64,000 nt of DNA from Pigmentiphaga sp. Its GTDB lineage: Bacteria; Pseudomonadota; Gammaproteobacteria; Burkholderiales; Burkholderiaceae_B. The position numbers and the translations under genes are program-made. Below the pieces are notes generated by a model. It did no database searches. It was not told the DNA's origin and worked only from the letters and a program-made list of their open reading frames with translations. The stretch lies in the NCBI GenBank assembly GCA_040391825.1, contig JBEBXA010000002.1, forward strand, positions 5,097 to 69,096, in the 5' to 3' direction. This document shows positions 61,676 through 64,000 of this stretch, piece after piece (within the stretch, counting starts at the first letter, position 1; each line of letters begins with the position of its first letter).

Positions 61676-63730
61676 TTAGGCCAGCTTGATGGAAATGACG
61701 ATGTGTCCGTGCTCAGTGACACGAGCACGATCGCCAGGAAACACCACGGTCGTGGAGTTAGGCTCTTCGATGACCGCCGGCCCCTCAAAGGTAAAGCCGG
61801 GCGCCAAGCTGGGCCGCCACAAAATTCTTGCGTCCACCGGGTGCTCGGGATCTTCGTAAACGACCTTGCGCATCTGCTCGGGACGGGGTGCTTCCGGCAC
61901 AAAGGGCTCAGACAAGAAAGCTTCGATGCTGGTGCCTTCGCGCGCCAGGCTGACGGTCAAACGCAGGTTGGCGACCTCTATCGATTCGCCCACCGCGGCA
62001 TGTCCATAGCGCATGTCGTGCAAGGCATCAAAAGTGGCCCGCACGGTTTCGTCGCCATTGGTCAAAGAGGTCAAGCTGGGCAAAGGCACGGGAATACTGT
62101 GTTCTTGCCCGCGATAGCGCAAATCAGCAAAGTATTCGAATACGGCTTTTTCCGCATCCAGATCGTCTTCGGCCATCTGACGACGCGCCGAATCAGCCAG
62201 TTCGTCGAAAGCGGCATGAACCCGTTGCGCGTCCAGCTTGCCCAGCTCACCGACAAAAGTGCGGACCAGATCATGCCGCCAAGGCGCCAACAACATGCCA
62301 AGCGCGGAAAAATTCCCCGGAAGCTTTGGAATAACCAGGGTGGGAATATAGATTTCCTTGCACAGTGCAGCCGCGTGGACAGGACCCGCGCCGCCGAAAG
62401 CTATCATCACCGCATCGCGGGGATCCACGCCCTTGCGAACCGAGACGGCTCGCACCGCTAGAGCCATTGAGGAATCAGCAATACGCACCACGCCTGCCGC
62501 AGCTTCAACCGTCGACAGGGAAAGCGGATCTGCAATTTGCTTTGCCATCGCGGCTACCGCACCTGCAGTATCGAGGTTCATGCCGCCGCCCAGAAAGCGG
62601 TTGGCATTCAAACGACCCAACAGCAGATTGGCATCGGTAACTGTTGGCTCCTGCCCGCCACGGCCATAGCACACCGGCCCGGGTGCGGCGCCCGCGCTCT
62701 GAGGACCGACATGCAAGCCGCCACTGCCATCGCGCCACGCAATACTGCCGCCGCCCGCCCCGACTTCGACAATCGACACCACCGGTAACTGCATAGGCTG
62801 CCCGGTGGAATAGCCGCCGATGTAATAGCCCTCTTCAATTGCCGGCACACCATCGATGATCAAGGTCGCCTTGGCGGTCGTACCACCCATGTCGAAACCT
62901 ATGGCTTGCGGCATGTTCAACAGCTTTGCAACGTAACCGGCGCCTATCATGCCGGCGACAGGGCCTGATTCCATCATGGAAACCGGTTCGATCGCTGCGT
63001 GCTTGAGCGACATGCTGCCGCCGTTGGAACGCATGATCTGGATAGCGCCGCCAAAACCGCTGCTGCCCAGATGCGACTCCAGGCTTTGCAGATAGCTGCG
63101 CACACGCGGCCCGACATAGGCGTTGAGGACAGTGGTGGAAGTACGTTCGTACTCGCGGAATTCGCGCAGGATCTCGTGCGACAAAGTCACGAACAAACTC
63201 GGAAATGCTTCGCGCAAGATCCGCCCCGCGATGATTTCATGAGCAGGATTGGCATAAGAATGCAGGAAGCACACCGCCACCGATTCAATTTTGTCGTCCA
63301 TCAACTTTTGGCCCAGCGCCAGCACGCCGGCCTCATCGATAGGCGTCAACACTTCGCCTTTCGCATTGAGCCGTTCCTTGACTTCGAAGCGAAGCCGACG
63401 CGGCACCAGGGGCTGGGGCCGCTTGAAATTGATGTCGAAGGCATCCGGCCGATTGCCTCGGCCGATTTCGTAGACGTCGCGAAAGCCCTCTGTAGTCAAC
63501 AATGCAGTGGCTGCACCCTTGCATTCCAATACGGTGTTGATCGCCATCGTTGAACCATGCAGGAACTCATCGAGTTCGCTCAAGCGGACATCCGCCAGTT
63601 CAAATGCGCTTGCCACCCCGGCAGTCGGATCGGCAGCTTGGGTCAGTGTTTTTGAAAACACCAGCTCACCGTCCCGGTATCCGACCAAATCGGTAAACGT
63701 GCCGCCGATATCCACACCGATAGAATTCAC
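61676..63730 (-). CDS. Hydantoinase A / 5-oxoprolinase ATP-binding subunit
   Basis: GVDIGGTFTD, HGST, REYERTSTT, ESGPVAG, FDMGGTT, GAGGGSIA, SAGAAPGPVCYG, FGGAGPVH. Confidence 0.95.
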   Translation of the reverse strand: MNSIGVDIGGTFTDLVGYRDGELVFSKTLTQAADPTAGVASAFELADVRLSELDEFLHGSTMAINTVLECKGAATALLTTEGFRDVYEIGRGNRPDAFDINFKRPQPLVPRRLRFEVKERLNAKGEVLTPIDEAGVLALGQKLMDDKIESVAVCFLHSYANPAHEIIAGRILREAFPSLFVTLSHEILREFREYERTSTTVLNAYVGPRVRSYLQSLESHLGSSGFGGAIQIMRSNGGSMSLKHAAIEPVSMMESGPVAGMIGAGYVAKLLNMPQAIGFDMGGTTAKATLIIDGVPAIEEGYYIGGYSTGQPMQLPVVSIVEVGAGGGSIAWRDGSGGLHVGPQSAGAAPGPVCYGRGGQEPTVTDANLLLGRLNANRFLGGGMNLDTAGAVAAMAKQIADPLSLSTVEAAAGVVRIADSSMALAVRAVSVRKGVDPRDAVMIAFGGAGPVHAAALCKEIYIPTLVIPKLPGNFSALGMLLAPWRHDLVRTFVGELGKLDAQRVHAAFDELADSARRQMAEDDLDAEKAVFEYFADLRYRGQEHSIPVPLPSLTSLTNGDETVRATFDALHDMRYGHAAVGESIEVANLRLTVSLAREGTSIEAFLSEPFVPEAPRPEQMRKVVYEDPEHPVDARILWRPSLAPGFTFEGPAVIEEPNSTTVVFPGDRARVTEHGHIVISIKLA

Positions 63731-63748
63731 TATTTTTCTCCAGAATCT

Positions 63749-64000
63749 TTATTCGATCTTGATGCCCGTGCGCTCGATCAGCTCTTTGAATTTGGCTGAT
63801 TCGGCACGCACGAATGAAGTGGTTTCAGCCGGCCCGAGATCGGTCGCCACATGGCCGATCTGTGCCAGTTTTTCCTGAATGGCGGGGTCCTTCAGCACGG
63901 CATGGACTTCACTGCCCAGCCGCGCAATGATTTGGGGGTCGGTGCCTTTGGGCGCCGCCAATACCCACCAGTTCGCAAACAAGAGCTGGGGAAACCCAGC
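63749..64000 (-). CDS. Bug/TctC substrate-binding protein, C-terminal part (5' end beyond the window)
   Basis: WWVLAAPKGTDPQIIARL..KFKELIERTGIKIE, a typical Bug C-terminus. Confidence 0.85.
   Translation of the reverse strand, partial: AGFPQLLFANWWVLAAPKGTDPQIIARLGSEVHAVLKDPAIQEKLAQIGHVATDLGPAETTSFVRAESAKFKELIERTGIKIE

Noticed and set aside
33821-64000. Integrative element or prophage explaining the accessory blocks
   Set aside because: No integrase, transposase, tRNA target, att-like direct repeats or phage structural genes were seen.

Overview
A 64 kb chromosomal window from a GC-rich betaproteobacterium, most likely Alcaligenaceae (Bordetella/Achromobacter/Pusillimonas-like). That placement is inferred from five Bug/TctC genes and the glnS-minCDE and ettA context. 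Housekeeping genes (recQ, metC, glnS, minCDE, ettA, galE, thyA, folA, ubiX) alternate with small accessory modules. These are: a trimeric autotransporter adhesin plus BamE-OmpA (TpgA-like) cassette ending in an 81-bp hairpin-rich tandem repeat; pobA/pobR; several flavin-monooxygenase/Bug aromatic-catabolism units, including a gentisate dioxygenase cluster with a clear promoter/operator; two two-component systems (one with a His-rich Spy-like partner, one with PepSY partners); and a LuxR-type regulator facing an acidic orphan lipoprotein. The best candidate for an undescribed system is the roughly 12 kb catabolic cluster at 52.1-64 kb (three Bug proteins, amidohydrolase, LysR, MmgE/PrpD, two M24-fold proteins, hydantoinase/oxoprolinase A+B). 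Nearly every enzyme in it has non-canonical active-site motifs. No tRNA, rRNA, CRISPR array, integrase or transposase was found; the only mobile trace is a possible IS3-like end. All family calls come from visual motif recognition, not database searches.
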